From NCBI GenBank assembly GCA_902572695.1, contig CACGGZ010000002.1, positions 1,914-65,913 of the forward strand: a stretch of DNA of 64,000 nt, read 5' to 3'. The notes below the pieces were generated by a model that searched no databases, was not told the origin of the DNA, and saw only the letters and a list, made by a program, of their open reading frames with translations. This document shows positions 21,592 through 30,774 of the stretch, piece after piece. A program made the translations under genes and the position numbers. Positions within the stretch are counted from its first letter, which is position 1. Each line of letters begins with the position of its first letter. Source of the DNA: an uncultured Pelagibacteraceae bacterium (GTDB taxonomy: Bacteria; Pseudomonadota; Alphaproteobacteria; Pelagibacterales; Pelagibacteraceae).

Positions 21592-22401
21592 GTCGAAGCT
21601 CTTTGCGCTATGTGTGATAACACCAACTGAGATTCTATCTATCCCAGTTTTTGCTATTTTCTTAATGTTTTTTAAAGTTGCATTACCAGAATATTCAGTC
21701 TGATATTTTTTCTTACAAATTTTCAAACATCTTTTCAATTGCTTATTACTCATATTATCAAAAAGAATTCTTTTAAAATTTAAATCAATAATTTGCTTAA
21801 GTTGTTGACTGTTTTCTATCTCGACTGTAATAATTTTTTTTGTCTTGATCGCTTTTTCAACTAATTTTCTTAAGTTTCCAGAAGCTTTTATATGATTCTC
21901 TTTTATTAAGATTTCATCGTTTAAATTAAATCTATGATTATGGCCTCCACCTTTTTTTACTGCATATTTTTCAAGAATTCTTAGATTAGGAGTAGTTTTT
22001 CTTGTACAACATATTTTTGTTTTTTTACTTACCAGCTTTGTAAATTTTTTTGTCATGGTAGCTATTCCAGATGCATGATTAAGAAAATTTAATGCTGTTC
22101 TTTCTGCTAATAAGATTGTTTTTATTTTTGCGGTTATTTCAGCAATTACTTTATTCGAATATACTTTATTTCCATCAGAAACCTTTTTCACAAATCTTGT
22201 CTCTTTTCCCATCAATTGAAAAGCTGCTTTGCAGAAGTCTATTCCAGCTATCACCCCATCCTGCCTTGCTATTATTTTAGCTTTAATTTCTTGATTTTTA
22301 GTCTGTAAAAGATTAGTTGTGACGTCACCACGGGGCTTCAGATCTTCTTCCAAAGCTTTTTTAACCACAAAATTAATGTATTGTTGATTTACTTTTTGCA
22401 C
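21571..22401 (-). CDS. nadC: quinolinate phosphoribosyltransferase
   Basis: ALEEDL, ERTALNFL, TRKTTP, HRFNL..ILIKENH, DNM; GTG start. Confidence 0.93.
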   Translation of the reverse strand: MQKVNQQYINFVVKKALEEDLKPRGDVTTNLLQTKNQEIKAKIIARQDGVIAGIDFCKAAFQLMGKETRFVKKVSDGNKVYSNKVIAEITAKIKTILLAERTALNFLNHASGIATMTKKFTKLVSKKTKICCTRKTTPNLRILEKYAVKKGGGHNHRFNLNDEILIKENHIKASGNLRKLVEKAIKTKKIITVEIENSQQLKQIIDLNFKRILFDNMSNKQLKRCLKICKKKYQTEYSGNATLKNIKKIAKTGIDRISVGVITHSAKSFDSTLLFI

Positions 22402-22405
22402 CTAT

Positions 22406-23374
22406 TTATCGACCAATATCAGCCATTCTTTGTACTGATTTTCTTGCCCTAGTCGCTATATTATTACCTATCTTAATTTCATTATTTTCTTTGTCTAAGC
22501 AGTCAAGAATTTTTTTCAAAGTAATTTTTTTCATGTAAGGACAAAGATTACAAGGTTTTACAAATTCAACATTTGGGTTTTCAATTTGAATGTTGTCGCT
22601 CATAGAACACTCAGTAACTAACAAAACTTTTTTAGGTTGATTTTCTTTAACATAATTTACCATGCTTGAAGTGGAACCTGCAAAATCCGAGGCGCTAATA
22701 ACATCTGGAGGGCATTCAGGATGGGCAATAATTTTTATTCCAGGATTTTGTTCTCTTATTTCACTGACTTGATTTCCAGTAAACTTTTCATGCACAATAC
22801 ATGTTCCTTGCCAAGAAATTATTTTTACCTTTGTATTTTTTTGAACATAATTTGCAAGGTAATGATCTGGTAAAAAAATGACTCTGTCAACACCTAATGA
22901 TTCAACTACCTTAACAGCATTCGCAGAAGTGCAACATACATCGCTCTCAGCTTTTACCTCCGCAGATGTATTCACGTACGATACAACTGGTACGCCAGGA
23001 TATTTCTCTTTTAGCATTCTTACGTCCTCTCCAGTAATGGATGAAGCCAAAGAACAACCTGCATCCATGTCGGGAATTAAAACTTTTTTATTTGGATTCA
23101 TAAGTTTAGCTGTTTCTGCCATAAAGTGAACTCCGCAGAGAACTATTATATCCGCTTTTGTTTTCGCTGCCTCTAATGCTAAAGCTAATGAATCCGCTGC
23201 AATATCTGCTACCCCATGATAGATCTCAGGAGTTTGATAGTTGTGCGCTAGTATTACTGCGTTCTTTTTCTTTTTAAGTTCATTAATCTTTTTAATGTAA
23301 GGAGCGTGAAAATCCCATTCAATATTAGGAATTACCTTTGAAATTCTTTTATATATCTGATTTATCTCACTCAT
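22406..23374 (-). CDS. nadA: quinolinate synthase A
   Basis: ILAHNYQ, GVHFMAE, three Fe-S Cys motifs (GCSLA, CIVH, CPYM), AHPEC. Confidence 0.97.
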   Translation of the reverse strand: MSEINQIYKRISKVIPNIEWDFHAPYIKKINELKKKKNAVILAHNYQTPEIYHGVADIAADSLALALEAAKTKADIIVLCGVHFMAETAKLMNPNKKVLIPDMDAGCSLASSITGEDVRMLKEKYPGVPVVSYVNTSAEVKAESDVCCTSANAVKVVESLGVDRVIFLPDHYLANYVQKNTKVKIISWQGTCIVHEKFTGNQVSEIREQNPGIKIIAHPECPPDVISASDFAGSTSSMVNYVKENQPKKVLLVTECSMSDNIQIENPNVEFVKPCNLCPYMKKITLKKILDCLDKENNEIKIGNNIATRARKSVQRMADIGR

Positions 23375-23431
23375 TTCTATAATGTATCAACTTGATAGAA
23401 CATTGTCATTCATTTATTGTCGCATACAAGA

Positions 23432-23515
23432 GCGGTCGTGCTGAAATTGGTAGACAGGCACGCTTGAGGGGCGTGTGGGTTTCCCGTGAGAGTTCGAGTC
23501 TCTCCGACCGCACCA
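23432..23515 (+). tRNA. tRNA-Leu, anticodon GAG
   Basis: GCGGTCG/CGACCGC acceptor stem; anticodon stem CACGC/GCGTG with loop TTGAGGG; variable arm; GTTCGAGTC; CCA. Confidence 0.96.
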
Positions 23516-23526
23516 TTAAAATACTT

Positions 23527-23646
23527 ATGTTGGAATATTTAAAAAAAAATAAAAGAGTTGTGTTAATAATTTTAATAATAGCTTTTATTGAATTAAGTGG
23601 ATATGGCATTCTTGCATCGTTGTCTAGATTATTAAATGCTTTTTAA
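23527..23646 (+). CDS. putative small membrane protein (39 aa)
   Basis: MLEYLKKNKRVVLIILIIAFIELSGYGILASLSRLLNAF: basic N-terminus followed by a hydrophobic helix; fills the gap after tRNA-Leu. Confidence 0.45.
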   Translation: MLEYLKKNKRVVLIILIIAFIELSGYGILASLSRLLNAF

Positions 23647-24513
23647 TATCCTACAACTTTTGTTGTTTGCAATTAACTCTTTATTCTCAAATTCTTTAAG
23701 GTCAGGATTAACTATATTAATCAAACCAAATGGATAAGGTTTATCAATAAGAATTACTCCAACTTTACTATTTTCATATTTTAATTCAGCCCCCACATCT
23801 AATTTCTCAGACGCTTCTAATGGCAGTAACCTTCTTCTTAATTTATTTTTTAATTTCATTCTTGAGGTATTTTCTTGTCCCACAAAACAGCCTTTTTTAA
23901 AATCAATAGCATGGAGTTCCTCAAAGTTTGCTTCTAAACCAAATAATTTATCTTTCAAATATTTAATACCTTTTTCTGGAATACCCAATTTATAAATTAA
24001 CAAATAATATTCTGAACTATCAATTATTTTTAAATTTAATTTTTTTACTGTTAAATAGAGCTTTTCTAAATTTGAAAATATTCTAGCACCGATCCTTTTA
24101 TTTCTTGGATCAGAAAAAATGGGAGTATCTCTGTAATATATCGTATTATCTTCTGATCCAATTTCTATTTGTAATTCTTTAAATTTCTCGTGATTAATTA
24201 TTCCTACCACAAATTCTGAAGAAAGATCTTGAAATTGTACATTTGATCCTAATTTATATTTCTTCAACGTTTCTAAAAGGTCATTAATTGAGTCTTCACT
24301 GCAATCTAATAGGTATCCGTTTTCACTTTGTATTATGAAAAATTCATTTAAATATTTTCCTTGGGGACTTAATAGGGCTGAAAAAATAGAATTTTTCTTT
24401 GTTACCTTTTTTATGTCATTAGTAATTATATTTTGTAGAAAATCATTAGCATCCGCTCCACTTATTAAGATAACTCCTCTTTTTTCTAAAATAATTATTT
24501 GATCTTTCTTCAT
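23632..24513 (-). CDS. ygfZ: folate-binding Fe-S/tRNA-modification protein YgfZ
   Basis: FLQNIITND, LLSPQGK, signature KGCFVGQE. Confidence 0.92.
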   Translation of the reverse strand: MKKDQIIILEKRGVILISGADANDFLQNIITNDIKKVTKKNSIFSALLSPQGKYLNEFFIIQSENGYLLDCSEDSINDLLETLKKYKLGSNVQFQDLSSEFVVGIINHEKFKELQIEIGSEDNTIYYRDTPIFSDPRNKRIGARIFSNLEKLYLTVKKLNLKIIDSSEYYLLIYKLGIPEKGIKYLKDKLFGLEANFEELHAIDFKKGCFVGQENTSRMKLKNKLRRRLLPLEASEKLDVGAELKYENSKVGVILIDKPYPFGLINIVNPDLKEFENKELIANNKSCRILKSI

Positions 24514-24548
24514 ATTTGTTACTTATACAGTATAATAAAAAAATTAAT

Positions 24549-25862
24549 ATGTCAGAAAATTATAATTTAGTAATTAAAAACGGTCATTGCTATATAGATA
24601 GCAAATTAATTAAAAAAGATATTGGCATCTTAGGAGATAAAATTAAAAAAATAGGCAAGATAGATCAAAAGGATAATAAAGTTTACGATGCTACTGATAA
24701 AGTAGTTTTACCAGGTATAATAGATACTCAAGTTCATTTTAGAGAACCAGGCTCTACTGATGCCGAGGATCTTGAGAGTGGAAGTAGAGCAGCAGTTTTA
24801 GGCGGAGTGACTTCTTTATTTGAAATGCCTAACACTAATCCACCAACAGCTAATCTTATTGAATTTGAAAAAAAACTTCAGGCAGCTAAGAATAGAATGC
24901 ACAGTAATTACGCATTTTATTTTGGAGCTACTCCGAATAATACTGAGCAACTTGCTCAATTAAAAAATGTTGAGGGATGTTGTGGAGTTAAACTTTTTGC
25001 AGGTTCCTCCACTGGAAATCTCTTGGTTGATAAAGAAGCTGATATCGAAAAAGTAATCTCTAGTAGTGACAGAATAGTTTCGATACATTCTGAGGATGAA
25101 GATATAATTAAATTAAGAAAAAAATTTATAAAAAAAGGGGATGTTCACTCTCATCCTGAATGGAGAAATGTTGAATGCGCGATGTCTTCAACACGTAGAG
25201 TAGTAAAAATAGCAGAAAGATTTAATAAAAGGATTCACGTTTTACATGTAACAACAAAAGAGGAAGTTGATTTTTTAGCTATGCATAAAAAAAATGTTTC
25301 TTTTGAAACCACTCCTCAACACCTCACTCTATATGCGCCAGATTGTTATGATAAATTAGGAACTTATGCTCAAATGAACCCACCTCTAAGAACCAAAGAT
25401 CATTATGATAGACTTTGGGTCGCTATTAAGAATAATACAGTAGATGTGTTAGGCTCAGATCACGCCCCACATTTAAAAATTAATAAAGAAAAAGAATACC
25501 CTAATACACCATCTGGCATGCCTGGGGTTCAAACAATTTTTCCTGTTATGATAGATCATGTAAATAATGGGAAACTATCCCTTAGTCAACTTATGAACTT
25601 AATGTGCGAAAATCCTTGTAAAATTTTTGGTATAAAAAATAAGGGTTACATCAAAGAAAATTTTGATGCTGATCTAACAGTAGTTGACATGAATAAGGAG
25701 GTGACCATCAAAAATGAGATGATTGCTAGCAAATGTGGATGGACTCCATTTCACAACTATAAAGTAAAAGGTTTTCCCGTTGGGACAATTGTAAATGGTA
25801 AACTTGTTATGGTTGATGGTAAAATTTTAATTGAGTCTAAGGGTAAACCGTTACAATTTTAA
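24549..25862 (+). CDS. pyrC: dihydroorotase (amidohydrolase family)
   Basis: PGIIDTQVHFREPG, EMPNT, HSED, HVLHVT, MNPPLR, GSDHAPH; start moved to ATG 24549. Confidence 0.9.
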   Translation: MSENYNLVIKNGHCYIDSKLIKKDIGILGDKIKKIGKIDQKDNKVYDATDKVVLPGIIDTQVHFREPGSTDAEDLESGSRAAVLGGVTSLFEMPNTNPPTANLIEFEKKLQAAKNRMHSNYAFYFGATPNNTEQLAQLKNVEGCCGVKLFAGSSTGNLLVDKEADIEKVISSSDRIVSIHSEDEDIIKLRKKFIKKGDVHSHPEWRNVECAMSSTRRVVKIAERFNKRIHVLHVTTKEEVDFLAMHKKNVSFETTPQHLTLYAPDCYDKLGTYAQMNPPLRTKDHYDRLWVAIKNNTVDVLGSDHAPHLKINKEKEYPNTPSGMPGVQTIFPVMIDHVNNGKLSLSQLMNLMCENPCKIFGIKNKGYIKENFDADLTVVDMNKEVTIKNEMIASKCGWTPFHNYKVKGFPVGTIVNGKLVMVDGKILIESKGKPLQF

Positions 25863-27749
25863 TATTTTATTTTCAATCAAATCTGCTTTTATTTCATCTA
25901 ATATTGAAGGATCGTCTATGGTTGCAGGCATCTTGTAAGGTTCATTATCAGCAATCTTTCTCACCGTGCCTCTTAAAACCTTTCCAGATCTTGTTTTAGG
26001 AAGCCTTTTAACTATTATTGCTGTTTTAAAAGCTGCCACCGGCCCAACTTTCTCTCGAACCATTCCTATACACTCTTTAATTATTTCTTCATTACTTTGA
26101 GAAACACCAGCCTTGAGAGCTAATAATCCTATAGGCAGTTGACCTTTAAGTTTATCGGCAATGCCTATAACTGCACACTCGGCTACTGATTTGTGTTCTG
26201 CTAAAACTTCCTCAATTGCACCAGTAGACAATCTATGTCCAGCAACATTAATAATATCATCTGTTCTAGACATTATCCAAACATACCCGTCTTCATCAAT
26301 ATGACCCGCGTCATAAGTTTGATAATAACCAGGATAATTAGTCATATAATTTTCTTTATATCTTTTATCTGCGCCCCATAATGTTGGGAATGTTCCAGGC
26401 GGAAGAGGTAATTTTACGACGATGTCTCCCATTTTACCAGGACCAACTTGTTTTCCATCAGAATTTAAAACTTTTAAATCATAACCTGGCACTGGTTTAA
26501 AAGCTGAACCATACTTTACTGGAAATTTTTCTATACCGGTGCAACTAGATGTAATTGCCCAGCTAGTTTCAGTTTGCCACCAGTGATCCACCACTGGTGA
26601 ACCTGAAAGTTTTTCAAACCATTTGATAGTATCTGGGTCCGCTCTTTCACCTGCTAAAAACAATGTATCAAATTGTGATAAATCATATTTTTTAAAATAA
26701 TTTCCTTCAGGATCTTCTTTTTTAATTGCTCTAATTGCTGTTGGAGCGGTAAAAAGAGATTTAACTTTATGTTCTGATATCACTCGCCAAAACACACCTG
26801 CATCTGGGGTCCCAACTGGCTTTCCTTCAAAAAGAATTGTTGTACAACCATAAAACAATGGTCCATATACTATATAGGAGTGACCTACAATCCATCCTAT
26901 ATCGCTTGCAGACCACCATACGTCGTTTGGATTAATATTATAAATATTTTTCATAGTCCACTTAAGAGCTACTATATGTCCACCAATATCTCTTACTATT
27001 CCCTTTGGAAGACCAGTGGTACCCGAAGTGTAAAGAATGTAAGCATAATCATTAGCGCCCATCTTCACACATTCTTGTTGTTTTGCATTTTTGTGCGCAT
27101 CATCCCAAGAAATATCTATTGAGGAATTTAAATCTGCCTTATTTTTTTCTCTTTGAAAAATAATACATTTATCAGGCTTATGATTTGAAAGTTGAAGAGC
27201 TTTGTTCAAAAGAGGCTTGTATTCAACAACTCTTCCAGGTTCATAACCACATGAGGCCGAAACTATAATTTTGGCTTTAGAGTCGTCTATTCTACTAGCT
27301 AATTCATTTGCAGCAAAACCACCGAAAACTACTGAGTGTATTGCACCTATTCTTCCGCATGCTAGCATAGCGACTACGGCTTCAGGTATCATTGGCATAT
27401 AAATTATTACTCTATCACCCTTACCGACGCCTTGGTTTACTAAAGCACCAGCAAACAAAGAAACTTTTTCTTTAAGCTGATTGTATGTAAATTTATTTTT
27501 TACTCCAGTTATAGGACTGTCATAGATTATAGCTACTTTTTCTCCATTACCGTTGTCTATATGTACGTCAACAGCGTTATAGCAAGTGTTAGTTATACCA
27601 TCTTCGTACCATTTATAGAATGGGGGATTTGAAGTGTTAAGAATTTTAGACGGTTTTTTATACCAAAAAATTTCGTTTGATACTTTTTTCCAATACTCCT
27701 CTTTATTATTTATAGAAGAATCATAAATTTCTTTATATTTGCCGTTCAA
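25851..27749 (-). CDS. prpE: propionyl-CoA synthetase (acetate/propionate--CoA ligase family)
   Basis: ILYTSGTTGLPKG, HSVVFGGFA, DHWWQTET, LPKTRSGK; TTG start preceded by a G7 SD-like run. Confidence 0.85.
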   Translation of the reverse strand: MNGKYKEIYDSSINNKEEYWKKVSNEIFWYKKPSKILNTSNPPFYKWYEDGITNTCYNAVDVHIDNGNGEKVAIIYDSPITGVKNKFTYNQLKEKVSLFAGALVNQGVGKGDRVIIYMPMIPEAVVAMLACGRIGAIHSVVFGGFAANELASRIDDSKAKIIVSASCGYEPGRVVEYKPLLNKALQLSNHKPDKCIIFQREKNKADLNSSIDISWDDAHKNAKQQECVKMGANDYAYILYTSGTTGLPKGIVRDIGGHIVALKWTMKNIYNINPNDVWWSASDIGWIVGHSYIVYGPLFYGCTTILFEGKPVGTPDAGVFWRVISEHKVKSLFTAPTAIRAIKKEDPEGNYFKKYDLSQFDTLFLAGERADPDTIKWFEKLSGSPVVDHWWQTETSWAITSSCTGIEKFPVKYGSAFKPVPGYDLKVLNSDGKQVGPGKMGDIVVKLPLPPGTFPTLWGADKRYKENYMTNYPGYYQTYDAGHIDEDGYVWIMSRTDDIINVAGHRLSTGAIEEVLAEHKSVAECAVIGIADKLKGQLPIGLLALKAGVSQSNEEIIKECIGMVREKVGPVAAFKTAIIVKRLPKTRSGKVLRGTVRKIADNEPYKMPATIDDPSILDEIKADLIENKILKL

Positions 27750-27889
27750 TTTACCCCCCCTAAATTTTGGTATTTTTACCCATAATAATCACAAATATCC
27801 CCAAAAAAAAACCAAAAATGCAGTAAATTCAGGGATTTTTTTCAAAAAAAAAGCTTCACTGTAACTGTTATTTTTATTAAGGTTCGGCC

Positions 27890-27971
27890 AACTAAACCAG
27901 TATTGATTAAATTAATCTTTAACTGGATAGTTTAATATTAAACTAAACGAAAACTAAACAAACGAGGGAGG
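27890..27971 (+). promoter_or_regulatory. structured 5' leader/operator region and strong SD of the proteorhodopsin gene
   Basis: Nested inverted repeats 27890-27932, perfect 18-bp palindrome TAGTTTAATATTAAACTA (27928-27945), three AACTAAAC copies, SD GAGGGAGG (27964-71). Confidence 0.55.
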
Positions 27972-27976
27972 TTTTC

Positions 27977-28747
27977 ATGAAAAAACTAGGTCTAATAGCT
28001 TTAGCCACTCTTACCTTTTTAGGTATTACGAGTTCAGCTAATGCTGCGACTGCATTGTTACAGACTAATGATTTCGTAGGAATATCATTCTGGCTTGTAT
28101 CAATGGGAATGATTGCGACGACTGTATTCTTCTTTTCAGAAAGAGGTACGGTAGCTGCATCGTGGAGAACTTCAATAACAGTAGCAGGACTTGTTACTGG
28201 TGTTGCATTCGTTCACTACATGTATATGAGAGAAGTTTGGGTAACAACTGGAGAGACACCAACAGTATACAGATATATTGATTGGTTAATTACAGTCCCA
28301 CTTCAAATGATAGAATTCTATCTAATCTTGGCAGCAGTAAGAAAAGTGCCAGGGTCTATATTCTGGAAACTATTAATTGGTTCATTAGTAATGTTAATCG
28401 GTGGATACTTAGGAGAAGCTGGTTACATTCAACCATTTGTAGGTTTCGTAATCGGAATGGCTGGATGGATTTACATCTTGTTTGAAATCTTCTCAGGTGA
28501 AGCAGGAACATTAGCTGCAAAAAGTGGTAATAAAGCTATGACAACTGCTTTCAGCGCAATGAGAATTATCGTTACTATCGGTTGGGCAATATATCCTTTA
28601 GGATATATCTTCGGTTACTTGACTGGTGGAGTAGACGAAAATGCATTGAACATAATTTATAATTTAGCTGACTTTATCAATAAGATCGCTTTCGGTCTTG
28701 TGATTTGGGCTGCTGCAATGCAAAATACTAGATTAGCATCAAGATAA
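27977..28747 (+). CDS. proteorhodopsin, DTE proton pump, blue-tuned (Gln at position 105)
   Basis: Signal peptide; HYMYMR (His75); RYIDWLITVPLQMIEF (D97, T101, Q105, E108); WAIYP; NLADFINK (retinal Lys). Confidence 0.98.
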   Translation: MKKLGLIALATLTFLGITSSANAATALLQTNDFVGISFWLVSMGMIATTVFFFSERGTVAASWRTSITVAGLVTGVAFVHYMYMREVWVTTGETPTVYRYIDWLITVPLQMIEFYLILAAVRKVPGSIFWKLLIGSLVMLIGGYLGEAGYIQPFVGFVIGMAGWIYILFEIFSGEAGTLAAKSGNKAMTTAFSAMRIIVTIGWAIYPLGYIFGYLTGGVDENALNIIYNLADFINKIAFGLVIWAAAMQNTRLASR

Positions 28748-28758
28748 TCTAAATTTAT

Positions 28759-28799
28759 AATAGGGCGGGTATGTTTTGCATACTTGCCCTATTTTTTTT
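28759..28799 (+). terminator. intrinsic terminator after proteorhodopsin
   Basis: AATAGGGCGGGTATG-TTTTG-CATACTTGCCCTATT stem (G:U pairs) running into T8. Confidence 0.9.
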
Positions 28800-28817
28800 A
28801 ATACATATATTTAGCTA

Positions 28818-29138
28818 ATGGCAAAAATTACCTACGTAGACTCAAAAGGAGAAAGCCGCACAATTAATGTTGATAATGGCTTAACAGTCATGGAAGGTGC
28901 CGTTCAAAATAATATACCAGAGATCGATGCTGATTGCGGAGGCTCAATGGCTTGCGCTACTTGCCACGTTTATGTCAAAGAGGAATGGTATGAAAAATTA
29001 AACAAACCTGAGGAAGCAGAACAAGATATGATAGACATGGCATATGAACCAAAAAAAAATAGCAGACTGAGTTGTCAGATTTCTGTGTCAGATGAAATTG
29101 ATGGTCTTACAGTAACAACACCTGCGAAACAATCATAA
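28818..29138 (+). CDS. [2Fe-2S] ferredoxin (adrenodoxin type)
   Basis: CGGSMACATCH ... SRLSCQ. Confidence 0.95.
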   Translation: MAKITYVDSKGESRTINVDNGLTVMEGAVQNNIPEIDADCGGSMACATCHVYVKEEWYEKLNKPEEAEQDMIDMAYEPKKNSRLSCQISVSDEIDGLTVTTPAKQS

Positions 29139-30151
29139 TGAAAAATTTTGACGCTATTATCATAGGAGCTGGACCAGTCGGATTATTTGCGGTTCACCAA
29201 CTTGGTTTGAAAGGTTTAAACGCAGTTGTAATAGACAATTTAGATAAAGCAGGGGGTCAATGCATCGAACTTTATCCCGATAAACCCATTTACGACATTC
29301 CAGCAGTTCCTGAGTGTACAGGAGAGGAATTAACTTTAAAACTTCAAAAACAGATTGAACCGTTTAAAACTGATTTTTTTTTAAATGAGAGAGTTGAAGA
29401 GTTAAAAGAAGATAAAAATAATTGGGTAGTTAAAACAAGTAAAAAAAATGAATTTCGGTCACCAAATATAATCATAGCCGGTGGAGTTGGTTCATTTGAA
29501 CCAAGAAAACTTCAGGTTAAAGAAGCAGAAAAATTTGAGGGCAAATATTTATTTTATTCAGTAAAAAATAAGGAAGAATTCAAAAATAAAAATATTTCTA
29601 TTTTTGGTGGGGGTGACTCTGCTTTAGATTGGGCATTAGAGTTGTCTAAATTTTCTAATATTTCTCTTATTCATAGAAGAGATGAATTTCGAGGCGCCCA
29701 ACATACAATAAATGAAATTAAAAAACTTGAGAAAACAGGAAAAGTCTCAATAAAAACACCCTGCCAACTTGTATCTATCAGTGGAGATAAATACTTAGAG
29801 TCGATTAAAGTTAAATTTGATAACGGGAAAACTGAAAATATAAAAACAGATGTGATTTTAAGTTTTTTTGGATTAGTCATGAAACTCGGGCCAATTGCGG
29901 AATGGGGTCTTGGTATGAACAAAAAAACCATTGAGGTAAACACAATAAATTTTGAAACTAATAAAAAAGGTATTTTTGCTGCTGGAGATATTTGTTCGTA
30001 CCCAGGCAAACTTAAATTGATATTATCAGGTTTTCACGAGGTAGCCTTGGCTTCAGTTGAATGTTTTAAGCGCGCTAGACCTAATGAAAAATATAGATTT
30101 GAATTTACAACTTCCTCCAAAACAATTAAGGGAAGATTAGGTAAAAAATGA
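29138..30151 (+). CDS. TrxR-like ferredoxin--NADP+ reductase
   Basis: GAGPVG, GGQC.ELYPDKPIYD, GGGDSALDW, HRRDEFR, AAGD; no CXXC redox motif; follows ferredoxin. Confidence 0.88.
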   Translation: MKNFDAIIIGAGPVGLFAVHQLGLKGLNAVVIDNLDKAGGQCIELYPDKPIYDIPAVPECTGEELTLKLQKQIEPFKTDFFLNERVEELKEDKNNWVVKTSKKNEFRSPNIIIAGGVGSFEPRKLQVKEAEKFEGKYLFYSVKNKEEFKNKNISIFGGGDSALDWALELSKFSNISLIHRRDEFRGAQHTINEIKKLEKTGKVSIKTPCQLVSISGDKYLESIKVKFDNGKTENIKTDVILSFFGLVMKLGPIAEWGLGMNKKTIEVNTINFETNKKGIFAAGDICSYPGKLKLILSGFHEVALASVECFKRARPNEKYRFEFTTSSKTIKGRLGKK

Positions 30152-30774
30152 TAGAACTACTTACCGCTGACACTCCAAACGGTAAGAAAATATCAATCAT
30201 GCTTGAAGAGATAAATTTCAAATATAAAGTCACAAAAATAAATATTTTTAAAGATGAACAATTTAAACCAGAATTTAAAAAAATCAGCCCTTTCAGCAAG
30301 ACCCCAGTTATAATCGATCATGAAACAAACGAGAGTCTTTTTGAGACCGGGGCAATTTTGATCTATTTAGCTGAAAAAAGTGGAAAGTTTTACAATAAAG
30401 ACCAAAGAACAAAAATTAATCAGTGGCTTATGGGTCAGGTAGCATATATTGGACCGATGCTTGGTCAACATCATCAGTTTCATTATTACAATCCCGGTAA
30501 AAGTAAATTTGGAGAAGATAGATATTTTAAAATATCACGCAGAATATATAAGGAATTAGATGAAAGATTATCTAATTCAAATTATTTGGCAGGAGAAAAT
30601 TATACTATCGCAGATATTGCAACATTTCCGTGGATTGCTAGACATAAATGGCACGATATAGGATTAAAAAACTTTGCAAATTTGACTAGATGGTATTTAG
30701 AAATTTCAGATAGAGATGCTGTTAAAAAAGGATATGATCTTTTAAAAAATGGAGATAAAATCCCTAAAGTTTAA
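30148..30774 (+). CDS. glutathione S-transferase, YfcG/YghU (Nu) class
   Basis: TPNG active-site motif, FETGAIL.YLAEK, TIADIATFPW. Confidence 0.88.
   Translation: MIELLTADTPNGKKISIMLEEINFKYKVTKINIFKDEQFKPEFKKISPFSKTPVIIDHETNESLFETGAILIYLAEKSGKFYNKDQRTKINQWLMGQVAYIGPMLGQHHQFHYYNPGKSKFGEDRYFKISRRIYKELDERLSNSNYLAGENYTIADIATFPWIARHKWHDIGLKNFANLTRWYLEISDRDAVKKGYDLLKNGDKIPKV

Noticed and set aside
23392-23609. ORFs of 84 aa (+) and 67 aa (-) spanning tRNA-Leu
   Set aside because: They run through a clear tRNA gene; only the downstream 39-aa portion from ATG 23527 is kept as a candidate
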